DNA of 64,000 bases from Candidatus Obscuribacteraceae bacterium (GCA_044229845.1 JBGASG010000002.1:160001-224000); one strand, 5' to 3'; positions 8,824-19,625 are shown, counted from the first letter of the stretch. Notes: generated from the sequence alone by a model not told the origin. Numbers and translations are program-made.

Positions 8824-10587
8824 TTGGATCACACAGACGAACAGCAACTTGCCTCGAATACGCAGTCGCTTGCGGGCGGCGGATTGTCCACAGGCACGAT
8901 TCTTGACGGCAAATTTCGCATTGGTAGCTATATCGGCGGTGGAGGCATGGGCGCAGTCTTTAGCGCCACTCATCTGAAGTTAGGAAATCAGGTAGCCATC
9001 AAAGTTCTGCACTCTCGATTTGCGGTCGATCAAAATGCGGTGGCACGGTTTCATCGCGAAGCAAAAATCATCGCCGGGCTGCACCACAAAAACATTCTTT
9101 CCGTCTACGCTTTCGGTTCAGCAGATGGGCTCTTGTACATGGCAATGGAGCTTGTCGACGGCAAGTCGCTTGGAGACCTGATCGCACAGCACGGATCGTA
9201 TTCACCGGAGCGAGCCATTCCCCTTCTTCTTCAGATTTGCGATGCCATGAGTTATGCGCACCAACAAAAAGTCTTGCATCGCGACTTGAAGCCGGACAAC
9301 GTGCTCGTAACCAATGCCGATGACACAGCAAAAGTCGTCGACTTCGGGCTGGCAAAACTTACTGATGCAGAGATGCAAAGACTGACCACCACCGGCATGG
9401 TGGTCGGCGATCCGCGCTACATGAGCCCGGAGCAATCACAAGGCAAGCCGGTCGATGCTCGCTCCGACATCTACTCTTTCGGTTGCTTGATGTATGAAAT
9501 GTTGGCCGGAAGGCGTCCGTTCGACGCTGATACACCGGTTGCAATTCTTTTCAAGCAGATCTCCGAATACCCCGAATCTTTTGCAGATCAGACCAACATT
9601 TCACTGTCGCTTCAGGCGATAGCGTTTCAGGCTCTGCAAAAAGATCCGCAGGCACGGTATCAATCAATTGACGACCTGTCCAGCCAACTGCTCAAGTTGT
9701 CGCGAAATCCAGATGCAAAAGTCGAAGGAGTACGCGCTGGTGGCACGCCTACCCAGTCGCGCAGCACAACCGGAAGTCGCGCAGCGCGCCAGCATGCACT
9801 AAAAATGCTGATCGGTGCATTGCTAGTTGTGGGAGCAATCACGGTCGGCATGGTCATCATTGGCACCAGCACTCGACTGAGCAACGAAGAAGGGCTGCGA
9901 GCAAGCACCCGGCACGAAGTCAGACTTGAGTTCGACTCGCTGATTTCCAACCAGGGCTTTGTCGGCGACCAGAACCCCACAGACGCTCTGGAGCGAGCGC
10001 AAATCCTAGTTGCCCAGTACCCAGAGGAATTCAATTCCAGCGATCGAGCGAAGCTTGATTTGGTACAGGCTCTGAATTTCGAGAGGCTGGGTCGTTATAG
10101 AGAACCAGACAAAATAAAACTCGCGCAGACGCATAACAAAGGGGCCATTTCTCAACTGGAGACTGCCCTCAAAGTACATTCCGACCATCGCCGCCAAAAC
10201 AACATGCCCACGACGGATGCCGGCATGGAACCCTGGAGTAGTGATTCACGTTATTTATTTGAAGCACTACTGCTCCAATCAAGGTTGGCCGATCGAACCG
10301 GCGACCTCAAAGAGATGCGGAGCGCCATAGACTCGCTCCTCTCATTCGCAGAAAAATACGAGTTACCCTACACCATAGACAGGCGCCTGCTAAGAGAGGC
10401 GTGCGAAAGGTTGATTATGGCTTACGGTCAAGCGAACGACAGGCAGGCAGCAGAACAAGTACTGCAGCGCTTTATGAATTGCCTGGCAACTCAAGGTGAC
10501 ATCACCGCATTTACCGATAACGATGAACGATTGCTGCGCGACACCATGGAAAAGGCCTTCGACAAACAAAAACACCACCCGAACTGA
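8824..10587 (+). CDS. receptor-like Ser/Thr protein kinase, paralog 3
   Basis: Complete Hanks motifs, TM segment; ends KQKHHPN. Confidence 0.95.
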   Translation: MDHTDEQQLASNTQSLAGGGLSTGTILDGKFRIGSYIGGGGMGAVFSATHLKLGNQVAIKVLHSRFAVDQNAVARFHREAKIIAGLHHKNILSVYAFGSADGLLYMAMELVDGKSLGDLIAQHGSYSPERAIPLLLQICDAMSYAHQQKVLHRDLKPDNVLVTNADDTAKVVDFGLAKLTDAEMQRLTTTGMVVGDPRYMSPEQSQGKPVDARSDIYSFGCLMYEMLAGRRPFDADTPVAILFKQISEYPESFADQTNISLSLQAIAFQALQKDPQARYQSIDDLSSQLLKLSRNPDAKVEGVRAGGTPTQSRSTTGSRAARQHALKMLIGALLVVGAITVGMVIIGTSTRLSNEEGLRASTRHEVRLEFDSLISNQGFVGDQNPTDALERAQILVAQYPEEFNSSDRAKLDLVQALNFERLGRYREPDKIKLAQTHNKGAISQLETALKVHSDHRRQNNMPTTDAGMEPWSSDSRYLFEALLLQSRLADRTGDLKEMRSAIDSLLSFAEKYELPYTIDRRLLREACERLIMAYGQANDRQAAEQVLQRFMNCLATQGDITAFTDNDERLLRDTMEKAFDKQKHHPN

Positions 10588-10777
10588 ATCGCGGTGGTGT
10601 TAATGCTACTGCCTGACTGCCCGTTGCTCGGGCTCAGTATTTCCTCATGCTTCAGTCAGTCCTTCACATGGGGCGAGCTCACATCAGCTGTCGTTTCCGG
10701 TCAGCGCGGACCTGGTGTTTCTGCTTGGCTCCTCGGCTCGACGCGATTGCAACTTCAGTTCAATCGCTCACCTGATG
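10564..10777 (-). ncRNA. putative structured ncRNA (copy 4)
   Basis: As copy 1. Confidence 0.7.
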
Positions 10778-10906
10778 CATTCAAGAATACACGCCAGGTT
10801 CGAGCCCGAGAAGTACCCCAGAAGACCTTTAATGATCTACATTACGCGTATACAAAAATGGCACCATTACTTATTCTCCGGCACCACATTCGGTTATTGA
10901 GAGCCG
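10564..10906. repeat. ~343-bp repeat, copy 4
   Basis: Collinear with copy 1. Confidence 0.97.
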
Positions 10907-11063
10907 GATCAATGCGCTCAGCAAGCGGCTCGGGCGTTCAATATGCGCAATATATAAATCCCGATCAAGGTGTATCCAAAATTCCCCCGGATCGATATAG
11001 CACATCGCCAATTTCGTACTTCAGGGCATAAAATGAGAGAGAAGAAAGGATCAAAGTGGCATA

Positions 11064-12851
11064 GTGGAATCCCAAGAAACAGCCGGCGCACTGCCCAACG
11101 GCACTGTCGTCGACGGCAAATTCGAAATCACCGGATTCATCGGCGCCGGCGGCATGGGCACCGTCTATCGCGCCCGCCACATTGAGCTGGGCAGCGCCGT
11201 GGCCCTCAAAACACTGCACCCGCGTTTTTCGGTGGACCAGGACGCGTCCGCTCGTTTTCGTCTCGAAGCCAAGATCATCGCCGGGCTGCACCACAAAAAC
11301 ATTCTGGCCGTGCACGCGTCCGGCTACAGCAACAACTTGCTCTACATGGCAATGGAATTGATCGAAGGAACTTCGCTGAGGGCAATGGTTGCAGAAGGCG
11401 GCTCCCTGAGCACCAGCGCAGCGTTGCCTCTTTTGATCCAGATTTGCGACGCGATGATTTATGCACATGCCAACAAGGTTTTGCATCGCGACTTAAAACC
11501 GGACAATGTATTGATCGAAACCAGGGGCACCGAGCGAACTGCCAAGGTCGTCGATTTCGGACTGGCTAAATTGACCGACATCGAAATGCAACGCTTGACA
11601 CAGACTGGGATGGTCGTCGGCGATCCGCATTTCATGAGCCCCGAGCAGGCTCAAGGCAGACAGGCGGATGAGAGGTCGGACATCTACTCATTCGGTTGCT
11701 TGATGTATGACGTGTTGTCAGGCAAGCCTCCCTTCGAGTCAGACTCCGATGTGGCGGTGCTCTTCAAGCAGGTCTCCGACGAACCACAACTCTTCGCAGA
11801 CGCGAAGGCGCCCGCGTGCTTGCGGTCGTGTCAATCGATTTGCTTTCAGGCGATGGAAAAGAATCCGGAGAGTCGATATCAGTCTTTTCAGGAAGTTCGC
11901 AATGAGTTGCAGAAACTTGCAGACAATCCCGATGCGAAGATTTCCGCCTCGTCAAGAATGGCTAAGGAGGCCGCAGCGGGACGAGGTCCCGGAGCGCACA
12001 AATTCCGTCGTTTGCCTGCAACAGTTGCCGCCGTTGCGTTGTTTGCGCTGCTTTGCTTCGCGGCTGCGAAGTTCTTGCACCAAGAAGATGCAGACACACC
12101 GACCGACAAAACCCCGTCGACTGCATCCCAACCCGACGTCGCTAAATTGAAGGAAGCGTACAAGAACCTCAGCGAACGCGATGCACGAGAGAGAGTCAAA
12201 GAATTGATTTCGGTGCTCCAGCGCGCACATCTTTCGGAGTCCGCACGAAAAGCGACTTTTGCAGAGCTGGACATTGCGGAATCGCGTATCGGTTTCGACC
12301 CATTGCAGAGCGGACGTGCCGAATACGAACGAGCGGCATCAATGATGCGCTCCGTAATGGAGCAACCGCAGAGGAATCTGACCATGGATACGGTCGAAGG
12401 TCGCGAAGCCATCGAGCATTGCCGCAAGGCGCTCGCTCACTACAATAAGATCATCTCGCTCTACCAGCGCAGACCAACAGTGAACGACGCAGAGCTGAGC
12501 GATATCAACGCCGCCTCCGTTGAACTGTACCGCACTTACTCTCTCCTGATTCAGATCGCGAATACATACAGTGACTACAAAACAGTGAAGAAGGCCGCGA
12601 AAGAGTGCGTTCGACTCTGCGAATACGCGAAAGTGCCGCCAGGCACTCTGGAAGCTTGCCAGACAGCATTCGACACACTGATCATGATCGACGTTCAAGA
12701 CGTTGATACTGAGGGCGCGCAGAGTATGTCGCAGCGCAAGTTGGCTTTTCTAAAATTGCAGGGCTTCGATGCCGATTCGCTGAAGGAAGAGAAAAGAAAC
12801 CTGACAATCAAGATGCGGGAATGGTCAAAACAAAAACACCACCCGAACTGA
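11064..12851 (+). CDS. receptor-like Ser/Thr protein kinase, paralog 4
   Basis: Complete Hanks motifs, TM segment; ends KQKHHPN. Confidence 0.95.
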   Translation: MESQETAGALPNGTVVDGKFEITGFIGAGGMGTVYRARHIELGSAVALKTLHPRFSVDQDASARFRLEAKIIAGLHHKNILAVHASGYSNNLLYMAMELIEGTSLRAMVAEGGSLSTSAALPLLIQICDAMIYAHANKVLHRDLKPDNVLIETRGTERTAKVVDFGLAKLTDIEMQRLTQTGMVVGDPHFMSPEQAQGRQADERSDIYSFGCLMYDVLSGKPPFESDSDVAVLFKQVSDEPQLFADAKAPACLRSCQSICFQAMEKNPESRYQSFQEVRNELQKLADNPDAKISASSRMAKEAAAGRGPGAHKFRRLPATVAAVALFALLCFAAAKFLHQEDADTPTDKTPSTASQPDVAKLKEAYKNLSERDARERVKELISVLQRAHLSESARKATFAELDIAESRIGFDPLQSGRAEYERAASMMRSVMEQPQRNLTMDTVEGREAIEHCRKALAHYNKIISLYQRRPTVNDAELSDINAASVELYRTYSLLIQIANTYSDYKTVKKAAKECVRLCEYAKVPPGTLEACQTAFDTLIMIDVQDVDTEGAQSMSQRKLAFLKLQGFDADSLKEEKRNLTIKMREWSKQKHHPN

Positions 12852-13041
12852 ATCGCGGTGGTGTTTTCGCTACTGCCTGACTGCCCGTTGCTCGGGCTCA
12901 GTATTTCCTCACGCTTCAGCCAGTCCTTCACGTGGGGCGAGCTCACATCAGCTGTCGTTCCCGGTCAGCGCTGACCTGACGTTTCTGCTTGGCTCCTCGG
13001 CTCGACGCGATTGCAATTTCAGTTCAATCGCTCACCTGATG
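12828..13041 (-). ncRNA. putative structured ncRNA (copy 5)
   Basis: As copy 1. Confidence 0.7.
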
Positions 13042-13170
13042 CATTCAAGAATACACGGCAGTTTCATACCCGAGAAGTACCCCAGAAGACCTTTAATGAT
13101 CCGCACCACGCGTATACGGAAATGGCACCATCGCTTATTCCCTGACATCACATCCGGTTATCGAGCGCCC
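12828..13170. repeat. ~343-bp repeat, copy 5
   Basis: Collinear with copy 1. Confidence 0.97.
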
Positions 13171-13329
13171 GATCAATACGCTGCGCAAGAAGCTCCAGCG
13201 ATCCCTATATCATTCATATCGATTCGGCGACGGCGACATAACTGCAGCACCACGGATCGATATAGCTGTATCGCCAATTCCCGACTCGATGACCTAAAAT
13301 GAGAGAGAAGAAAGGATCGAGTCGCCAGC

Positions 13330-15111
13330 GTGGATCAGGAAAATCTATCTTCAGCAGACGGCGGCCAGGCTGCCAATCACGCGGCGCTGGCGGCGGGAAC
13401 CATCCTCGACGGCAAGTATCGCATCGAGAGTTTCGTCGGCGGCGGCGGCATGGGATCGGTCTATCGAGCCCATCACCTGGAACTGGACAAAGAAGTTGCG
13501 ATTAAGACCATGCATCCGCGGTTTTCAGCCGATGCGGAATCAGTGGCGCGCTTTCAGCGCGAAGCGCACATCATCTGCGAGTTGCACCACAAAAACATTC
13601 TTGCCGTCTACGCCTTCGGCATCGACAAGCAGCTCGATCTTCTTTATATGGCGATGGAGTTTGTCCAGGGACAATCGCTGGGACGACTGATTGCCGAACG
13701 CGGAGCGATCAGTCCCCAACAGGCTCTGCCTCTGCTGATGCAAATTTGTGATGCCATGGCATACGCGCATGCCAATAACGTCCTGCATCGCGATTTAAAA
13801 CCGGACAACGTGCTGATTGCAAATTCCGAAAGCGGTGAACCGGTTGTGAAGGTGGTCGATTTCGGACTGGCAAAAATAACTGATGCCGAAATGCAAAAAC
13901 TGACCAGCACCGGCATTGTGGTCGGCGATCCTTATTACATGAGCCCCGAACAGGCACAGGGACGCACAGTCGATGCGCGATCAGACATTTATTCTTTTGG
14001 CTGCCTGATGTACGAAGTGCTGACAGGTGAGCGTCCGTTTGTGGGCGAGTCGACTGTGGCGATCTTATATAAGCAAATCGGCGAGAGCCCACCACCTTTT
14101 CCTGAAGCAAAGACCAACCTGGCTCGATCGTGCCACTCGATTGTTTTCGAAGCGATGCAGAAATCGGTCGACAAGCGTTACCAATCTTTCGCAGACATCG
14201 GACAGCAACTGGCCAAGCTGCATGCCGACCCGGACGCAAAGGTGGAAGGCATTCAATCGGTTCCGACTTCTCGCGGCATCAGCAGCCCGTCGCGCATGTT
14301 ATCAACCAAAACTGTAATCCGCGTTCTCGCCGTCGTACTGCTGGTGGCAGTGCTGCCCGCAGTTTCTTTTCTGATCCTCAATCCGCGCAAGGTGTCGCCA
14401 ACCAAAGTTGAACCCGACGATGGATACAGCACCTTATCAACAGCCGATGTGCGCGCGCGAGTAAATCAATTGCTTTCGCTCACTAGAGATTCCGAATATC
14501 AGGTCGACCGCGCCGAATCTGCAATGCGCGAGTTGGAAATAGCACGAAAACACATAGGCGAAGACCCTTTTATGCAGGGACGGATCGATGCCCACCATGC
14601 CGTAGTCTTACGGCTGAGAATGCAAAAAACGAACTCGAATGCTGAGTACACCAAACAGATCGCATTTGGGCAAAAAGCCGTCGACGAATTCGATACCGCT
14701 GCTCGGCTGAGCGATGCCGGCGGACGTTATACCGCAGTCAATCAAACCGCCAGTCTGGAACACATCAGAAAAGAGCAGTTGTGGGCGCTGGAAGTAATCC
14801 GCGAAACCGCGCAAGAGATCGGCGACAGAAAAACAGCGCGCGCTGCTGCAAATCGCATTCTCGAGCTCTGGGAACACGTTCCGACAAAATCGCCCGACCC
14901 GATCGTTGAGAGTGCGTTCGACGAGTTACTTGAGTGCAGCCTGAACGAGGATCATCCCGAGGAAGTCGAGAAAATTGCAAAGCGCGCTATGGAGTATTAC
15001 CAGCACACCAAGTGCGACGTCTCGTTCATCCAAAAGCAAAAGAAGAAACTTGACCTGGCACGGTCGCTGGCAACACAGAAGCTGGCAAAACAAAAACACC
15101 ACCCGAACTGA
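13330..15111 (+). CDS. receptor-like Ser/Thr protein kinase, paralog 5
   Basis: Complete Hanks motifs, TM segment; ends KQKHHPN. Confidence 0.95.
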   Translation: MDQENLSSADGGQAANHAALAAGTILDGKYRIESFVGGGGMGSVYRAHHLELDKEVAIKTMHPRFSADAESVARFQREAHIICELHHKNILAVYAFGIDKQLDLLYMAMEFVQGQSLGRLIAERGAISPQQALPLLMQICDAMAYAHANNVLHRDLKPDNVLIANSESGEPVVKVVDFGLAKITDAEMQKLTSTGIVVGDPYYMSPEQAQGRTVDARSDIYSFGCLMYEVLTGERPFVGESTVAILYKQIGESPPPFPEAKTNLARSCHSIVFEAMQKSVDKRYQSFADIGQQLAKLHADPDAKVEGIQSVPTSRGISSPSRMLSTKTVIRVLAVVLLVAVLPAVSFLILNPRKVSPTKVEPDDGYSTLSTADVRARVNQLLSLTRDSEYQVDRAESAMRELEIARKHIGEDPFMQGRIDAHHAVVLRLRMQKTNSNAEYTKQIAFGQKAVDEFDTAARLSDAGGRYTAVNQTASLEHIRKEQLWALEVIRETAQEIGDRKTARAAANRILELWEHVPTKSPDPIVESAFDELLECSLNEDHPEEVEKIAKRAMEYYQHTKCDVSFIQKQKKKLDLARSLATQKLAKQKHHPN

Positions 15112-15301
15112 ATCGCGGTGGTGTTAATGCTACTGCCTGACTGCCCGTTGCTCGGGCTCAGTATCTCCTCACGCTTCAGCCAGTCCTTCACGTGGGGCGA
15201 GCTCACATTAGCTGTCGTTTCCGGTCAGCGCTGACCTGACGTTTCTGCTTGGCTCCTCGGCTCGACGCGACTGCATTTCTCAATCAATCGCTCACCGGTA
15301 T
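15088..15301 (-). ncRNA. putative structured ncRNA (copy 6)
   Basis: As copy 1; -10 box reads TAATCT. Confidence 0.7.
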
Positions 15302-15431
15302 GCAAATAAGATTACCGCGCGAATCGCCGCCCGTGAAGTACCCCAAAGGACCTTTAATGATCCGCATTCTGCGTATACAGAAGTGGCATCATCACTTATT
15401 CCTCGGCACCACATCCGGTTATTAAGCGCCG
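15088..15431. repeat. ~343-bp repeat, copy 6
   Basis: Collinear with copy 1; mosaic of the copy 1-5 and copy 7-9 types. Confidence 0.97.
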
Positions 15432-15585
15432 GATCAATAAGTGCGGAAAGCGCTTCCGGCGTTTCATATGCGCAATGCATAAGAACAGATCCGCTTACTA
15501 TCCGATGCGCCACCGCTTGCATATAGCAAGGCCGACAAGTGTCGCCGTCAGTGGAATAATGAGACTGGCATAACTGAGATTCATT

Positions 15586-17304
15586 GTGGAAGACAGCTCA
15601 TCCGACAAGCAACCTATCCTGCTAGAGCCAGACGAGATACTGGAAGACAAATATCGCGTCGTCCGCTTTCTCGGCCGCGGTGGCATGGGCAGCGTCCATG
15701 AGGCAATCCACACACACCTCGGCAACCGCGTTGCCATCAAGCTCTTGCATCCCCGTTTGTCAGGCGATGAAAAGCAGCTCGCCAGGTTTCAGCGTGAGGC
15801 GCACATCATTTCGGGGCTGCGACACAAGAACATCTTGTCGGTCTATGGCTTTCATCGCTGGCGCAACATGCCTTTTATGGCGATGGAGTTTATCGAAGGG
15901 GAATCGATCCGCGATCTACTGATAGAGCGGCAGGGCAATCTCTCAGCAACGGAGGCGCTGCCCCTGTTTCTGCAAATCTGCCAGGCTATGCAATTTGCTC
16001 ATAACAACAGCGTGCTGCATCGCGACCTCAAACCAGACAATGTGCTGGTTGTGAAGGAGAGCGACGGCTCACTGACGGCAAAAGTCGTTGACTTCGGACT
16101 GGCCAAACTGCAAGGGACCAACGAGATGCAGAAACTGACCAGCACCGGGCAGGTGGTCGGAGACCCGCATTATATGAGCCCCGAGCAATGCCAGGGCACG
16201 CAGCTCGATGCGCGCTCGGACATCTATTCATTCGGTTGCCTCATGTATGAAGTCTTGACGGGCGCGCGACCGTTCCTCGGCGATTCACCGGTTGCCACCA
16301 TGTATGAGCATCTGCAGAAAAACGCCAAGCCGTTTGCGAAACAATGCGGATTGCCGCTGGCAATCGAAGGCATCGTATTCAAGGCGATTGCCAAGGACCC
16401 TCGCCATCGCTACCAGTCTTTTGAAGAGCTGGCGGCTGACTTAGAAGAATTCTCCCGCAATCCGCAGATGCCGAGCATGCGTGCCGTGTCCGCCCCCACA
16501 GGTGGTGGCATGACTCCCGCAGCAAGAAGTGCCGTTTTGATCATCTTGCTCGGAGCGCTCATCTGCCTGCTTTATGTGTTCAGCCGCCCGCAGGCAGCAA
16601 CCGATCCTTACGCCAACATCTCCGACTCAGAGTTGCGAGCCCGCGCTGTTCCGGCATTGGCGAAGGCGCGCGATGCTTCGCGCAACCACGAGTTCGAGCA
16701 AGCTGATTCGTTTCTCGCCACAGTAGACGAACTGCGCAAACACCTGAACAACGACCCTTATCTCGAAGGGCGCATTGATTATCAACATGGCGAACAGTAT
16801 CTCGAAAGATTCAGAGTCACCCAAAACAAAGAGTTTGCCGCCTTAGCCAAACAATACTTGCTGAAGGCTGATGCCGACTTCAAAAGGGCCCGTGCGTCCT
16901 TATCGGCGACAAGCGGAAAGACTCAGCTGCACGACATCGAATGGCAGATGATCTCCAATCTGGACATGCTGCTCGCGGTCGGGCTGGAATCCTCCGGCTC
17001 CACAGCGGGTGACGAAGCATCGCAGCGACTGCTGGAAGAACTAGAACAAGCACCGCCACCACTGGAGTACATGCAGGGACATTCGGTGCAGAAGGCATTC
17101 AACTGGCTATTCACGCGCCGCATCAGCGAAGGGAAACCTGACGCGGCGGCGGCTCTACTGATACGCAAAATCGATTTTTCCTTACGGCAAGACTCCGATA
17201 CCGACTTTATTGCGCGGGAGAAAAAACGCATGCTGTCTGAAATCGCCGCCGTCGATCCCGTCCTGGCAAAACGGGTGCAGCAGCGGCTGGAAAAGCGCAA
17301 GTAA
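15586..17304 (+). CDS. receptor-like Ser/Thr protein kinase, paralog 6
   Basis: Complete Hanks motifs, TM segment. Confidence 0.95.
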   Translation: MEDSSSDKQPILLEPDEILEDKYRVVRFLGRGGMGSVHEAIHTHLGNRVAIKLLHPRLSGDEKQLARFQREAHIISGLRHKNILSVYGFHRWRNMPFMAMEFIEGESIRDLLIERQGNLSATEALPLFLQICQAMQFAHNNSVLHRDLKPDNVLVVKESDGSLTAKVVDFGLAKLQGTNEMQKLTSTGQVVGDPHYMSPEQCQGTQLDARSDIYSFGCLMYEVLTGARPFLGDSPVATMYEHLQKNAKPFAKQCGLPLAIEGIVFKAIAKDPRHRYQSFEELAADLEEFSRNPQMPSMRAVSAPTGGGMTPAARSAVLIILLGALICLLYVFSRPQAATDPYANISDSELRARAVPALAKARDASRNHEFEQADSFLATVDELRKHLNNDPYLEGRIDYQHGEQYLERFRVTQNKEFAALAKQYLLKADADFKRARASLSATSGKTQLHDIEWQMISNLDMLLAVGLESSGSTAGDEASQRLLEELEQAPPPLEYMQGHSVQKAFNWLFTRRISEGKPDAAAALLIRKIDFSLRQDSDTDFIAREKKRMLSEIAAVDPVLAKRVQQRLEKRK

Positions 17305-17359
17305 CCGCGGCGACAGGCGGTAGCATATACTAGTTAGGACACCGAGCGTACCTAAACCA

Positions 17360-19270
17360 TTGGATCCGGACGAGACACCGAACGACCCGCAAAATTCCAA
17401 CCATGCGCCGTCACCGTCGCTGCAGCCGGGCGCGATCATCGATGAGAAGTACGAACTGAAAAAGTTCATCGGCATGGGAGGCATGGGCGCGGTCTACAGC
17501 GCGGTACACCGGCAACTGGGAACGGACGTCGCCATTAAGGTGCTGCATCCTCGCTTCGGCGTCGATCAAGAATCGGTGGCCAGGTTTCAGCGGGAAGCAC
17601 GCATCATAGCCTCATTGAGACACGCCAACATTCTCAGTGTGTACAGTTTCAATTCATGGCAGGGCATCTTTTACATCGCCATGGAATTGATCGAAGGCGA
17701 TTCGCTGGTGGCATACATTTTTGACGGCGACAGGCTGCGCAAGCCTGAGGATAAACTGCCTTTGCTCATACAAGCCTGCCGAGCAATGAGCTTCGCACAC
17801 AAGAACGGCGTGCTGCATCGCGACCTCAAACCCGACAACGTGCTGGTCGTGAACAACCCCGACGGCAGTCAATCAGCGAAAGTTGTCGACTTCGGATTGG
17901 CAAAACTGCAGGGTGCTTCCGACGTACAACAACTGACGCGCACCGGCGAAGTGTTCGGCGATCCCAATTACATGAGCCCCGAGCAATGCCAGGGCAAGCC
18001 ACTCGATGAACGCTCCGATATCTATTCATTTGGATGCCTCATGTATGAATTATTTTCCGGGGTGAGACCGTTTGAAGCCGACACACCGCTCGGCACTCTC
18101 TACAAACACTTGCAAGACAACCCGCAGCGCTTCGCCAAACAAGTGGGGATTTCCAGTGCGCTGGAAGAAATCATTTTTCGCGCCATGGAAAAATCGCGCG
18201 AACAACGCTACGAGTCATTCGACGAAATCGCCGCCGACCTGACCCGCTTCATCGATAACCCGCAATTGAAGGCGAGCAGCTCGGTGCCTCCGGGTGGTTT
18301 TTCAGGACGGCGCCCAGCCGTACGCAACACCGCATCTGATACCAGCGGCTCAGCGTGGCGCAAAGTTTCGTCGCGGGTGATGCTGATTGTTCTTTGCCTC
18401 TTGCCCGCAGTGACTGCCGCGGTTGTCCTGATGACTCGGCGCGATGCAGAAAATGATGGTGGTCATGGTACTAGCGATGATGGTCGACACGGATTCGTCA
18501 ACCTGTCCCAGCTCGAATTGCGCACGCGAGCACTTGAGCTTTGTTCGCGCACAGCGTTGCTCGTAGCCCGAGAACGTTTTCCAGAAACAGAGACCAACCT
18601 GGCTGAACTGGATCAGCTGCGCCTGCATCTGGAGCACCAGCCCTACGTCGAAGCTCAGATAGATTTTCTGCACGGGTGGTATCAGTTGCAGATGTATCGC
18701 CGGTTGAAAGTACCGGCAGACGGAAAGAACGGAGTGAATTACCTGCGACGCTCGCTGCAAGAATACGACCAGGCATACGCCGATGCCTCCGCCAATGGTG
18801 GCGAGGCTAGTAAAACACGACTGGATGAAATAGCCACTCACAAATTCGAAGCCGCCGATCAATTGCGCTATCTGGGACTCGCTTCTGATGATGCACAAGC
18901 CACACGCCAGGGAGCATTGGAAGTAATCAGGCTGGTCAGACACCTGCCCGATAAACCGGACTACGACCAGTTGAAGGCACTGCAGCAGTCGTACGACGTA
19001 CTGATTCAAATGAATGCCGCCAAAGGAAATTACGAGCGCGCACTGAAGCTGATGTGGCGCAAACTTACTTTTCTCGAACGACAAGGATGCGATCCGGCTT
19101 TCGTTGCCAGTGAACGCAAACGCCTGGAAGTTATGATCAACGAATTGGGCGGTGCCAAAGCGGTGACTCAACTGTCGCCGAAACTGGAAGCAGAGATTCG
19201 CAAGCAATCAGCTTTGCGACACGGCTCCGCGCCCAGTGCCGACCCCGGCATCGACGATATCGAGAAGTGA
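17360..19270 (+). CDS. receptor-like Ser/Thr protein kinase, paralog 7
   Basis: Complete Hanks motifs, TM segment; no repeat between it and paralog 6. Confidence 0.95.
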   Translation: MDPDETPNDPQNSNHAPSPSLQPGAIIDEKYELKKFIGMGGMGAVYSAVHRQLGTDVAIKVLHPRFGVDQESVARFQREARIIASLRHANILSVYSFNSWQGIFYIAMELIEGDSLVAYIFDGDRLRKPEDKLPLLIQACRAMSFAHKNGVLHRDLKPDNVLVVNNPDGSQSAKVVDFGLAKLQGASDVQQLTRTGEVFGDPNYMSPEQCQGKPLDERSDIYSFGCLMYELFSGVRPFEADTPLGTLYKHLQDNPQRFAKQVGISSALEEIIFRAMEKSREQRYESFDEIAADLTRFIDNPQLKASSSVPPGGFSGRRPAVRNTASDTSGSAWRKVSSRVMLIVLCLLPAVTAAVVLMTRRDAENDGGHGTSDDGRHGFVNLSQLELRTRALELCSRTALLVARERFPETETNLAELDQLRLHLEHQPYVEAQIDFLHGWYQLQMYRRLKVPADGKNGVNYLRRSLQEYDQAYADASANGGEASKTRLDEIATHKFEAADQLRYLGLASDDAQATRQGALEVIRLVRHLPDKPDYDQLKALQQSYDVLIQMNAAKGNYERALKLMWRKLTFLERQGCDPAFVASERKRLEVMINELGGAKAVTQLSPKLEAEIRKQSALRHGSAPSADPGIDDIEK

Positions 19271-19280
19271 AAACGCGCAC

Positions 19281-19495
19281 AAACAAAAACACCACCCGAA
19301 CTGAATCGCGGTGGTGATCATGCTACTGCCTGACTGCCCGTTGCTCGGGCTCAGTATTTCCAAACGCTTCAGTCAGTCCGTCACGTAAGGCGAGCTCACA
19401 ACAGCTGTCGTTCCCGGTCAGCGCTGACCTGATGTTTCCGCTTGGCTCCTCGGCTCGAAGCAATTGCATTTCTCAATCAATTGCTCACCGGTTAT
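19281..19495 (-). ncRNA. putative structured ncRNA (copy 7)
   Basis: As copy 1; extended -10 TGcTATTCT. Confidence 0.7.
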
Positions 19496-19625
19496 GCATA
19501 TAAGAATAGCAAGCTTTCGCAGACCCGACCACTACCCCAAATGACCTTTAATGATCTAATTTTCGCGTATACGAAAGGCGCATCAACACCTATTCTTTGA
19601 CACCACATATGGTTTTTAAGCGCTC
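19281..19625. repeat. ~345-bp repeat, copy 7
   Basis: Collinear with copy 1. Confidence 0.97.
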
